Of a stretch of DNA of 64,000 bases, positions 50,597 to 59,027 are shown piece by piece (the first letter of the stretch is position 1; each line of letters opens with the position of its first letter). The translations under genes were made by a program, and so were the position numbers. The stretch covers positions 108 through 64,107 of the forward strand of contig VGGL01000005.1 in NCBI GenBank assembly GCA_016868575.1, read 5' to 3'. The notes beneath the pieces were generated by a model, which saw nothing but the letters and a program-made list of their open reading frames with translations, was not told the DNA's origin and searched no databases. This DNA comes from Bacteroidota bacterium. GTDB lineage: Bacteria > Bacteroidota > Bacteroidia > Bacteroidales > FEN-979.

Positions 50597-51954
50597 AATC
50601 GATCAATCCTTTCACCGGGCAACTTATCATGGAATACCGGGAACATACGATTGAAGAAACCGGTAACATCCTACAGAAAGCCGATGGCGCCTGGAAAACC
50701 TGGAAAGAAACCGGTTTTTCTTACCGGGCAGGCTTGTTTAAAAAGGTGGCTGAAATCCTTTTAAAAAACAAGGACGAATATGCCCGGTTGATGACCAGTG
50801 AGATGGGCAAACTCTTCCGGGAATCGGTTGCAGAAGTCGAGAAATGTGCCTATTGCTGCGATTTTTACGCTGATCACGCCCGGGACATGCTGAAAGATGA
50901 AGTGGTTTCTACCGATGCGGTTAAAAGCTATGTCATGTTCCAGCCATTGGGTGTTATCCTGGCAGTGATGCCATGGAACTTCCCGTTCTGGCAGGTGTTT
51001 CGTTTCGCAGCTCCCACTTTGATGGCCGGTAATGTTGCGGTTCTTAAACATGCGTCCAATGTTCCTGGTTGCGCACAAAAAATCGAAGAAATCTTCCGGC
51101 TGGCAGGATTCCCGGAGCATGTGTTTTCAACCCTGATGATCACTTCCGACAAGGTTGAACAGGTGATTGCCAATCCGGTCATCAAAGCGGTTACCCTCAC
51201 CGGAAGCGAGGAAGCAGGAATCAAAGTAGCTGCGACATCAGGAAAATATCTAAAGAAGACCGTTTTGGAACTGGGTGGCGCAGATCCTTTTATTGTCCTG
51301 GAGGATGCCGACATCGAATACGTTTCCAGAATGGCGGTTACAGCCCGCATGATCAACATGGGACAGAGCTGTATTGCAGCCAAACGTTTCATCGTGCAGG
51401 AGAAAATTGCGGGTTCATTCGAAAAGGCTGTCTTTTCGATCATGGAAATGTTGAAGGCCGGCGATCCGATGGCACCTGAAACCCAAGTTGGACCGCTGGC
51501 ACGTCCTGACCTCGTCGAAGACATTGATGCACAAGTACAGCGTTCGATTCAAGAGGGCGCCCGGCTGGTTCTTGGAGGAAAAAAGATCCAGGGAGCCTGC
51601 TACTTCTATCAACCAACGATTCTGGCTGATGTTAAAAGAGGAATGACCGTATATTCGGAAGAGACATTTGGACCCGTCTTATCGATCATCACATGTAAAA
51701 ACGATGAAGAGGCCATTGAGATGGCGAACGACTCTTCCTTCGGCCTGGGTGGGAGCATCTGGACAAATGATGTATCAAGAAGCGAGCAAATCGCCCGGCA
51801 AATTGAAACAGGTAATATCTTTGTCAACGGAATGACCAGGTCTGATCCACGGCTTCCTTTCGGTGGAATCAAGAAATCGGGATATGGGAGGGAATTATCC
51901 CACTTCGGAATCAGGGAGTTTGTGAATATCAAGACGGTTGTCATCTCACCCTAA
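50593..51954 (+). CDS. NAD(P)-dependent aldehyde dehydrogenase (succinate-semialdehyde dehydrogenase-like)
   Basis: WNFPFWQ, the ELGG Glu motif and the catalytic Cys in GQSCIAAKR. The ATG overlaps the uvrA stop (ATGA). Confidence 0.85.
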   Translation: MKSINPFTGQLIMEYREHTIEETGNILQKADGAWKTWKETGFSYRAGLFKKVAEILLKNKDEYARLMTSEMGKLFRESVAEVEKCAYCCDFYADHARDMLKDEVVSTDAVKSYVMFQPLGVILAVMPWNFPFWQVFRFAAPTLMAGNVAVLKHASNVPGCAQKIEEIFRLAGFPEHVFSTLMITSDKVEQVIANPVIKAVTLTGSEEAGIKVAATSGKYLKKTVLELGGADPFIVLEDADIEYVSRMAVTARMINMGQSCIAAKRFIVQEKIAGSFEKAVFSIMEMLKAGDPMAPETQVGPLARPDLVEDIDAQVQRSIQEGARLVLGGKKIQGACYFYQPTILADVKRGMTVYSEETFGPVLSIITCKNDEEAIEMANDSSFGLGGSIWTNDVSRSEQIARQIETGNIFVNGMTRSDPRLPFGGIKKSGYGRELSHFGIREFVNIKTVVISP

Positions 51955-51994
51955 TTACAAATTACTAATGACAAATTACTAATGACAAATTACG
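51951..51994. repeat. 14-mer tandem repeat (ACAAATTACTAATG) x ~3 starting at the aldehyde dehydrogenase stop codon
   Basis: Two perfect copies (51957-51970 and 51971-51984) plus partial flanking copies. Confidence 0.85.
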
Positions 51995-52006
51995 AGCAAT
52001 CATCAA

Positions 52007-52070
52007 TCACCCAGTCACCAAATCACCCAATCACCCAATCACCAAATCACTAAATCACCAAATCACCCAA
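52007..52070. repeat. Octamer tandem array (TCACCMAA)x8 ending on the first base of the next start codon
   Basis: tcacccag tcaccaaa tcacccaa tcacccaa tcaccaaa tcactaaa tcaccaaa tcacccaa, then tg. The whole array contains only one G. Confidence 0.9.
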
Positions 52071-53194
52071 TGAACATTCTCATCCTTGGCGCCGGGCTTG
52101 TCGGTGGGCCGATGGCCATTGACCTTGCCAAAGAAAAAAGCATGAAAGTGACTGTGGCAGATATTAGCCGCGAGGCACTTAAAAAGTTTGAAAAGATCAA
52201 ATCCATTAAAACCATTCAGCAGGATCTTTCTGATGCAGGTAAACTGAAGTCTTTGCTTAAGCAAGCCGACCTGGTTGTGAATGCAGTCCCTGGTTTCATG
52301 GGATTCAAGACCTTAAAGAGCATCATCGAAGCAGGAAAGAATGTCGTTGATATTGCTTTTTTTCCGGAAGATCCGTTTGAACTTGACAACCTGGCGAAGA
52401 AAAAGGGTGTTATTGCCATCTGCGACATGGGTGTCGCCCCGGGAATGAGTCATGTATTGAGTAGCTACGCTTATCATCAACTTGACGAAACAACGGATAT
52501 CCGTATCTATGTAGGCGGTCTGCCCAAAGTCAGAACCTGGCCGTTTGAGTACAAAGCCGTCTTCTCCCCTGTTGATGTCATAGAAGAGTATACCCGTCCG
52601 GCAAGGTACGTTGTTAACGGCGAACTGGTTGTCAAGCCTGCCCTGACAGACCCGGAATTGCTTGATCTGCCTGGTGTCGGCACGCTAGAGGCTTTTAATA
52701 GCGACGGGTTACGCTCGCTGATTAAAACCTTGAAGGCTAAAAACATGATTGAAAAGACTTTACGATACAAAGGGCATATTGAAAAAGTGATGGTATTGCG
52801 GGATAGCGGGTTTCTTTCAACCGATCCCATCACAGTTGGAAAGTCAAAAATCTCACCATTCGAATTTACTACATCTCTTCTGTTCAAATCCTGGAAATTG
52901 AGTGAAGGAGAGGAAGATATCACGGTGATGCGCATCGAGGTTGAAGGATTCAAGAAAAAGAAAAAAATAAAATTTATCTTTGATTTGTTAGATGCTTATG
53001 ATCCGGTGACAAAAACACACTCGATGGCAAGGACCACGGGATACGCAGCGACTGCAGCAGTGAGAATGATTGCCAAAGGTCTCTTTTCCCGGAAGGGCTT
53101 ATCCGTTCCGGAATACATCGGAGAGCAGAAAGAATGTGTGAGATTTTTGTTGGAGGATATGAAGAAGAGAGGGGTTTGTTATAATGAAGAATGA
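52070..53194 (+). CDS. Saccharopine dehydrogenase-family NAD(P)-binding protein
   Basis: MNILILGAGLVGGPMAIDLA Rossmann N-terminus. The length and the C-terminal domain pattern (EDITVMRIEVEG...HSMARTTGY) are typical of the family as I recall it. Confidence 0.7.
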   Translation: MNILILGAGLVGGPMAIDLAKEKSMKVTVADISREALKKFEKIKSIKTIQQDLSDAGKLKSLLKQADLVVNAVPGFMGFKTLKSIIEAGKNVVDIAFFPEDPFELDNLAKKKGVIAICDMGVAPGMSHVLSSYAYHQLDETTDIRIYVGGLPKVRTWPFEYKAVFSPVDVIEEYTRPARYVVNGELVVKPALTDPELLDLPGVGTLEAFNSDGLRSLIKTLKAKNMIEKTLRYKGHIEKVMVLRDSGFLSTDPITVGKSKISPFEFTTSLLFKSWKLSEGEEDITVMRIEVEGFKKKKKIKFIFDLLDAYDPVTKTHSMARTTGYAATAAVRMIAKGLFSRKGLSVPEYIGEQKECVRFLLEDMKKRGVCYNEE

Positions 53195-53217
53195 AGAATG
53201 AAGAATGAGGAATGAAT
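53183..53217. repeat. Heptamer tandem repeat (AATGAAG)x5 spanning the saccharopine dehydrogenase stop codon
   Basis: aatgaag aatgaag aatgaag aatgagg aatgaat. The gene's TGA (53192-53194) lies in unit 2. Confidence 0.9.
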
Positions 53218-53219
53218 GA

Positions 53220-53272
53220 CCTCACCCCCCGGCCCCCTCTCCTGTAAGGAGAGGGGGAGAAAGGGGGGGAGG
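53220..53272. repeat. GC-rich nested palindromic element (extended hairpin)
   Basis: Inner perfect 11-bp stem: ccccctctcct (53233-53243) pairs with aggagaggggg (53247-53257) around a 3-nt loop. Outer arms are cctcacccccc and gggggggagg. No T-run follows. Confidence 0.75.
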
Positions 53273-53287
53273 TTCTGAAAAAAACAT

Positions 53288-54949
53288 ATGGCGAAAACAA
53301 AGAAACAACTGAAAGGGCTGCCTGAGCCTGAAAAGAAGTACCTGAAAGGTTTCTACCCTCTGCTTTGGATGGCTATCATCGCATTTGTTCTGTACGGCCA
53401 AACGATCAGCTACTCATACTGTTACCTGGATGACAACGCCCTGATCCTTGACCAGATGGAGAAGCTGAAGGATATCTCCTACATTCCTCAGACGTTTAAA
53501 GAAGATGCTTTTCACACCACCGCCGGAACAGGTTTTTACTACCGGCCGCTGCTGACAACCTCATTTGTGATCGATGCCGCGATCGGCGACGGAAACTTTC
53601 GCATCTTTCATATTTCCAACATCATATACCACATTCTCGCCGCTTTCTTCCTTTTTCTCTTGTTGGTTGAACTGGGTTATGACCGGATGAAATGCTTCCT
53701 GTTCGGATTGATCTTTTTGGTCCATCCGGTGCTTACCCATGCGGTTGCCTGGGTTCCCGGACGAAACGACTCCCTGCTGGCCATCTTCCTCTTCCCATCA
53801 TTCCTCTTCCTACTGAGATATCTGAAAAATGGAAAGATCGGAGACCTGGTTGTTCACCTCATTCTCTATATCCTGGCCCTTTTCAGCAAAGAGACAGCTA
53901 TCGTTATTCCGGCTGTGGCGCTGGTTTACATGCTTTTCATCCACCGGCGGTGGACAGCGAAATCCTTTTACCCGATCATCGCCTGGGTCATCATCACACC
54001 CATCTGGATGAAGATCAGGTTTGATGTCCTGGGCGGTTCGCATGGATATCCCATGGCTGACTCCATCGAGTCGATCATCACGAACCTACTAGCCCTGCTG
54101 ACTTTCTTCGGAAAAACACTCTTCCCGTTCCAGCTCTCGGTCTTTCCTATCCTGCCTGATATGCAGGTATCACTCTTTCTGGGGATTCTCTGTCTGATCA
54201 TCCTCTTTGTCATCTTTATTTTCACCAGGAATAAAAGATTGGGTTACTGGCTGTTTGCCATTGCCTGGTTTATCGGGTTCATCATCCTCTCCTTCATCAA
54301 GACAAAATCGCAGAAACCCGATTTTACAGAGCACCGGGTTTATATCTCCATGCTTGGCTTTTTTATTCTCTTCCTGGAAAGTGACCTGCTGAGAAAAGCC
54401 AATGTGAAAAATATTTTTTTCAGGATCAGTTTCATCGCCATCATCATTCTCTTTGCATTTCTGACTTTCAAACACAGTCGCCATTACAAGGACAGGCTTG
54501 CATTCTGGACCAATGCCGTGGAAACTTCCCCTACCCATGCTTTCAACTTCAACAACCTTGGTGCGATGTATTTCCTTGATGGCGATCTGGTTACTGCCGA
54601 GAAGCTTTTCCGGCAGGCGATACGGATCAACCCCGAGGAACCTTTGGCAAATGGGAACCTGGGCCTGGTGTTGATGCGTACAGAACGACCGGCAGAGGCT
54701 GAAAAATATTACCTGAAAGAGGTGGAGATCAATCCGCTTTACGACAATGTGTATTATAACCTCGGTTTGCTTTACCTGAATGCCGGTTTGACTGATCAAG
54801 CCATTGTCCTGTGGGAAAAAACCCTTCAGATCAATCCGTATTACAGCGATGCTTACCACGGATTGGCAATGATCTACGAGAAACTTAAACGGCAAGAGGA
54901 TTACACACGAATCATCGAAATGGCCAAAAAGAACGGACTGCTACCATAG
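53288..54949 (+). CDS. Polytopic membrane protein with C-terminal TPR repeats (PMT/ArnT-like glycosyltransferase architecture)
   Basis: About ten hydrophobic spans, followed by TPR units (AFNFNNLGAMYFLDGDLVTAEKLFRQAIRINP; NVYYNLGLLYLNAGLTDQAIVLWEKTLQINP). Confidence 0.7.
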   Translation: MAKTKKQLKGLPEPEKKYLKGFYPLLWMAIIAFVLYGQTISYSYCYLDDNALILDQMEKLKDISYIPQTFKEDAFHTTAGTGFYYRPLLTTSFVIDAAIGDGNFRIFHISNIIYHILAAFFLFLLLVELGYDRMKCFLFGLIFLVHPVLTHAVAWVPGRNDSLLAIFLFPSFLFLLRYLKNGKIGDLVVHLILYILALFSKETAIVIPAVALVYMLFIHRRWTAKSFYPIIAWVIITPIWMKIRFDVLGGSHGYPMADSIESIITNLLALLTFFGKTLFPFQLSVFPILPDMQVSLFLGILCLIILFVIFIFTRNKRLGYWLFAIAWFIGFIILSFIKTKSQKPDFTEHRVYISMLGFFILFLESDLLRKANVKNIFFRISFIAIIILFAFLTFKHSRHYKDRLAFWTNAVETSPTHAFNFNNLGAMYFLDGDLVTAEKLFRQAIRINPEEPLANGNLGLVLMRTERPAEAEKYYLKEVEINPLYDNVYYNLGLLYLNAGLTDQAIVLWEKTLQINPYYSDAYHGLAMIYEKLKRQEDYTRIIEMAKKNGLLP

Positions 54950-55024
54950 ACCACTTCTTCCCCCCTTTCCCTGGTACAATAGAAAAAATATCTCTAACCT
55001 CTTGACACAGGGGCTTTATTGTTG

Positions 55025-55032
55025 TATTTTTG
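55025..55032 (+). promoter_or_regulatory. -7 box (TAnnTTTG) upstream of the beta-helix repeat gene
   Basis: TATTTTTG lies 117 nt upstream of the ATG at 55149, implying a long leader. Confidence 0.3.
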
Positions 55033-55148
55033 TGACCTGTATTATATATAAGGTCTATATCTTTTAACCGCAAAATATCCGAAATACTGCGGGAAGTTCA
55101 TAAAAAACGGATGATGGCTGGGATTGGATAACTTAAAAATGAAGACAA

Positions 55149-58100
55149 ATGAAAAAGGGAGTTCTACTCATGGTTATTCTTGCGGTGCACGGCCTTACGA
55201 ACTTATGCATGGCCCAGAGTGCAGGTGATTTCAGAACACGGGCCAGCGGAAACTGGAACCAGGTAGCTTGCTGGCAGCGATACGACGGCAGTTCCTGGGT
55301 TAATGCAACCTGGACACCTACCTATTCCGATGGAGCTATAGAAGTCCTTTCCGGCCATGTCATCACTGTAACCGTCAATGTGTCGGTGGATCAGACTACC
55401 CTCAATGGGACACTAACAATTAACTCAGGTATAACCTTCCAGGTGAGAGATGGATCAGGTGTCGATTTGACTGTTAACGGACTTCTCATCAACATCGGTA
55501 CCATTGATCCTTATAGTGGCCCGCTTATGTTATATAACAATGGGAGTAAATACCAGCATGCGCAAAACGGTGGGACGATCAGGGATGCCTCATGGTATGC
55601 TGGCTCAACCTGTGAGATTACCGGAGTCACAACAGATGAACCAAGTAACCTTGATCAATATTTTGCCCATTTTACCTGGAACTGCACGGAACAAACTGCT
55701 TCCGTGGATATGAATGGCCAACTGGAGAATATCAGCGGAAACTTCACCGTAACCAGTACCGGTTCCGGCGGCATGGGGATCAGTCAAACTGCAGGAACAA
55801 CATTGAGTATAGGAGGTAATTATTCCCAAACTGGCGGCTATTTCTATCTGACAAGAGGTGGAGCAAGTAACACCGTAAATATCTCAGGATCCTTTTCACT
55901 GAGCGGAGGCGGGATTTCAAATCCTGCATCTGGTAATTGTACGATGAATGTTTCCGGGGACTTCAATTTTTCTTCTGGCGCTATCGCCAGGCCAGGTACA
56001 GGTACTTTTACGCTCCGCTTCAATAAATCTGGTATACAAAATTTTTATCGGGGTGTTTCCGCTAACTTCAGCGATGCCATTAACATTTTTGTTTCATCCG
56101 GAACAACGCTTGATATGGGTTCCAGTACAATCACCGGAAGTACCGGTACTTTTACACTGGAAAGCGGAGCCGGACTGAAAACAATGGATGCCGGCGGTAT
56201 TACCTCTTCAGGCGCCAGCGGATGTATTCAGGTGACGGGCACAAGAAGCTATCATTCCAACGCTAATTATTTCTATTACCGCAATGGGGCACAAAACACA
56301 GGAACCGGGTTGCCATCAAGTCTTTCCGGATTACTCACTGTCGGAAGCAGCTCCAATGCCACAAACCTGGCGATTACCAACGGAACACAGACCATCAATA
56401 ATAAGCTGATACTGGTTAGCAGCAACACAACCAACAGCTCTCTCACCTCCGGAACCATTCAATACGGCTCATCCGGTACACTGGAATACTTTGGATACTC
56501 CGCTCAAACCGCTGCTGACCGGGAATTTCCGGCCAGTTCCGGACCCTATTCCCTAATCATCAATAACACTTTCGGCGTTAACCTTCATGCCAACAGAGGG
56601 CTAAACGGCGTATTAACCCTTACCAACGGGCAGCTGATTATTGGAAACCGTACCCTCACCTTGAATGGAACGGTAACCAGATCGGCTGGTGGATTAACAG
56701 GTAGTCCAACTTCCAACATTATTTATGGCGGATCAGGCGCCAGCACCATCTTACCCGGAGTTGAACTGGGTGAACTGACCATCAACCGTCCGGCAGGCAC
56801 AACCATCACCCTTGCAGGAAACGTAACCATTCAGGGTACCTTCTATATGACCAACGGATCATTTGCCCTGGGTTCCTATTCCCTCACCTATGGATCCGCT
56901 GCCTCGCTGAGATACAATGGTTCGGTTAGCCAAACTACAAGCAGCAACGAGTTTCCTTCAACAGGAGGGCCCCAGAACCTTATCATTGCAAACAATTCCG
57001 GTGTTTCCCTCCATGCCGGCAGAACCATTCCTCAAACCCTGAATCTTGATCTTGGCAACTTTTCTATTGGGAACAACAACACCCTCACTTTGAACGGTAC
57101 GATCATTGACGGGCCGGGTACTTTGGTTGGAGGTTCACTTTCTCATATCATTTTCGGAGGCACAGGTGTTTCAACGGCACTCCCAAGCGTTCAATTGGGA
57201 AACCTGACTATTGACCGGTCTGCCGGGATCACGCTTGGCGGCTCGGTAACAACATCAGGAACAATGTATCTCATTCAAGGTACATTATCTATTGGATTTA
57301 ATACGCTTACGATAAATGGTTCAATTAATCAGACTTCAGGAACACTGGTCGGAGGAATAAATTCTGATATTGTGTTCGGTGGAACTGGTGCATCCACTCA
57401 ATTGCCCGAGATCGAACTGAGGAATCTTACCATCAACAGAAGCAGCGGGATTACCATGGGAGGGAATGTGACGGTTCATGGTTCACTGATCCTGCAATCG
57501 GGAGCATGCTCCATTGGGAATAACCTGCTGACCATCAATGGAAGTATAAATACGACCTCAGGCTCCTTAACAGGTGGAGGACAATCCATGATGCGTTTTG
57601 GCGGATTAGTCCCTTCTACCAACTTGCCCGCTGTCATCCTCCGGATCCTGGAGATTGACCGGCTTAACGGTATTGAAATGGGCGGTAATGTACAGGTAGA
57701 AGAGTCTCTTAACCTGATATCCGGTCCCTTTTCCATTCAATCATATACGCTTACCATCAATGGAGACATCAATTACACGGGCGGCTCTCTGAACGGCGGG
57801 ACGACATCCAGTCTGGTGATCGGGGGCGGGGGCGGTATCGGCAATTGCTCCCTGGATGCCATGACCCTTTCGAATCTTACCCTGAACAGAAACGCCGGTA
57901 TCGACTTACTTAATGACATCTCAGTGATAAACAACTTCTATTTGATCAGCGGACAAATCAACCGGTATGGATATTCATTGTACGGGCCGAACGCCACGCT
58001 TAACTATCTTGGAACAAGCCTCCAGACGACCTCTTCAGAAGAGTGGCCGAATAGTGGAGGACCCTATAATGTCTCCATCAATAACCCTATGGGAGTTGAT

Positions 58101-58973
58101 TTGCATGATGACCGGACCATTTCCGGCATGCTTTCACTCAATAACGGCCCCTTCTCTATTGGAAGCCATACCTTTACGATATATGGAAATATATCACAAT
58201 TCTTTGGAAATCTCATAGGAGGGTTGACTTCCAACCTGGAAATCAGAGGAAGCGCCGACATATCAAGCGCCATGATCCCCGCTGTAACCCTGAATAATCT
58301 GCTTATCGACCGCTCAACAGGCGCTTTTCTGGGAGGAGATGTTTCCGTTTTTAGGCAACTTTCGCTTATCAATGGCACATTTAGAGTAGAAACTTGGACA
58401 ATGAACCTGTTTGGCCTGCCAATTACAGGAACTCCGACCAACATGGTCACCAGACATACCTCAACGCTCCGATTTGGGGGTAATGCAACCGGCGTATTTA
58501 TTCCTTCCAGCGTTAACCAACTCAATGGTCTTTATATCGAAAATCCAAACGGTGTTGAATTGCAAGGCTCAATACAAATCAACTCCATACTTCACATAGA
58601 CGGGACAATAGATTTGAATGATTATGAATTTATCGGCACTGGCGCACTAACTATTTTATCAACCTCCAAATTACTTGTCGGGCACCCCAATGGGGTTGGT
58701 GGAAATATTCAACTTTCCGGGCCTCAAAACATAAGCCAGGAGGTAGATTATACATTTGATGGAACGACGGCACAGGTTTCCAACATGCTTCCAACACATG
58801 CCGGACATATATGCCGTCACTTCAATGTTCTAAACAATTCCGGTAACGACCTTACCCTCACCGAACCTCTCCTGGAAGTAACAGGAACATGCACCGTTTT
58901 CCCGGATGCAAAGCTGGTTATCGATCCTTCGGTTACGTTCCAGGTTAACGGTCCCTTTATTCTCAAGCAATAG
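55149..58973 (+). CDS. 1274-aa secreted repeat protein, predicted parallel beta-helix
   Basis: Signal peptide MKKGVLLMVILAVHGLTNLCMAQ. N-terminal GDFRTRASGNWN..W module. Many Gly/Asn/Thr-rich ~74-aa units of the form xIxFGGxGxSTxLPxxxLxNLTIxRxxGIxxGGxVxVxGxLxLxxGxxSIGxNxLTINGxI. Confidence 0.75.
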   Translation: MKKGVLLMVILAVHGLTNLCMAQSAGDFRTRASGNWNQVACWQRYDGSSWVNATWTPTYSDGAIEVLSGHVITVTVNVSVDQTTLNGTLTINSGITFQVRDGSGVDLTVNGLLINIGTIDPYSGPLMLYNNGSKYQHAQNGGTIRDASWYAGSTCEITGVTTDEPSNLDQYFAHFTWNCTEQTASVDMNGQLENISGNFTVTSTGSGGMGISQTAGTTLSIGGNYSQTGGYFYLTRGGASNTVNISGSFSLSGGGISNPASGNCTMNVSGDFNFSSGAIARPGTGTFTLRFNKSGIQNFYRGVSANFSDAINIFVSSGTTLDMGSSTITGSTGTFTLESGAGLKTMDAGGITSSGASGCIQVTGTRSYHSNANYFYYRNGAQNTGTGLPSSLSGLLTVGSSSNATNLAITNGTQTINNKLILVSSNTTNSSLTSGTIQYGSSGTLEYFGYSAQTAADREFPASSGPYSLIINNTFGVNLHANRGLNGVLTLTNGQLIIGNRTLTLNGTVTRSAGGLTGSPTSNIIYGGSGASTILPGVELGELTINRPAGTTITLAGNVTIQGTFYMTNGSFALGSYSLTYGSAASLRYNGSVSQTTSSNEFPSTGGPQNLIIANNSGVSLHAGRTIPQTLNLDLGNFSIGNNNTLTLNGTIIDGPGTLVGGSLSHIIFGGTGVSTALPSVQLGNLTIDRSAGITLGGSVTTSGTMYLIQGTLSIGFNTLTINGSINQTSGTLVGGINSDIVFGGTGASTQLPEIELRNLTINRSSGITMGGNVTVHGSLILQSGACSIGNNLLTINGSINTTSGSLTGGGQSMMRFGGLVPSTNLPAVILRILEIDRLNGIEMGGNVQVEESLNLISGPFSIQSYTLTINGDINYTGGSLNGGTTSSLVIGGGGGIGNCSLDAMTLSNLTLNRNAGIDLLNDISVINNFYLISGQINRYGYSLYGPNATLNYLGTSLQTTSSEEWPNSGGPYNVSINNPMGVDLHDDRTISGMLSLNNGPFSIGSHTFTIYGNISQFFGNLIGGLTSNLEIRGSADISSAMIPAVTLNNLLIDRSTGAFLGGDVSVFRQLSLINGTFRVETWTMNLFGLPITGTPTNMVTRHTSTLRFGGNATGVFIPSSVNQLNGLYIENPNGVELQGSIQINSILHIDGTIDLNDYEFIGTGALTILSTSKLLVGHPNGVGGNIQLSGPQNISQEVDYTFDGTTAQVSNMLPTHAGHICRHFNVLNNSGNDLTLTEPLLEVTGTCTVFPDAKLVIDPSVTFQVNGPFILKQ
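56700..58530 (+). repeat. Tandem coding repeats (~222-nt basic unit, some ~430-nt double units) inside the beta-helix gene
   Basis: FGG-anchored unit starts lie at about 56711, 57141, 57362, 57585, 57808, 58231 and 58462. Confidence 0.7.
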
Positions 58974-59027
58974 ATTCGTTTCATTTGAGACAGGTTATTT
59001 TCTTATCTTGCGGGCTCACTCGTTGAT

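Noticed and set aside
47746-53217. Whether the short tandem arrays (47746-47773, 51951-52070, 53183-53217) could be CRISPR arrays.
   Set aside because: The units are 7-14 nt and directly abut one another with no unique spacers. No cas genes are present in the window.
52974-53300. The 108-aa minus-strand ORF spanning the GC-rich hairpin (..PSPYRRGGRGVRS..).
   Set aside because: It overlaps the 3' end of the saccharopine dehydrogenase gene and the repeat arrays. Its apparent coding capacity comes from translating the palindromic element.
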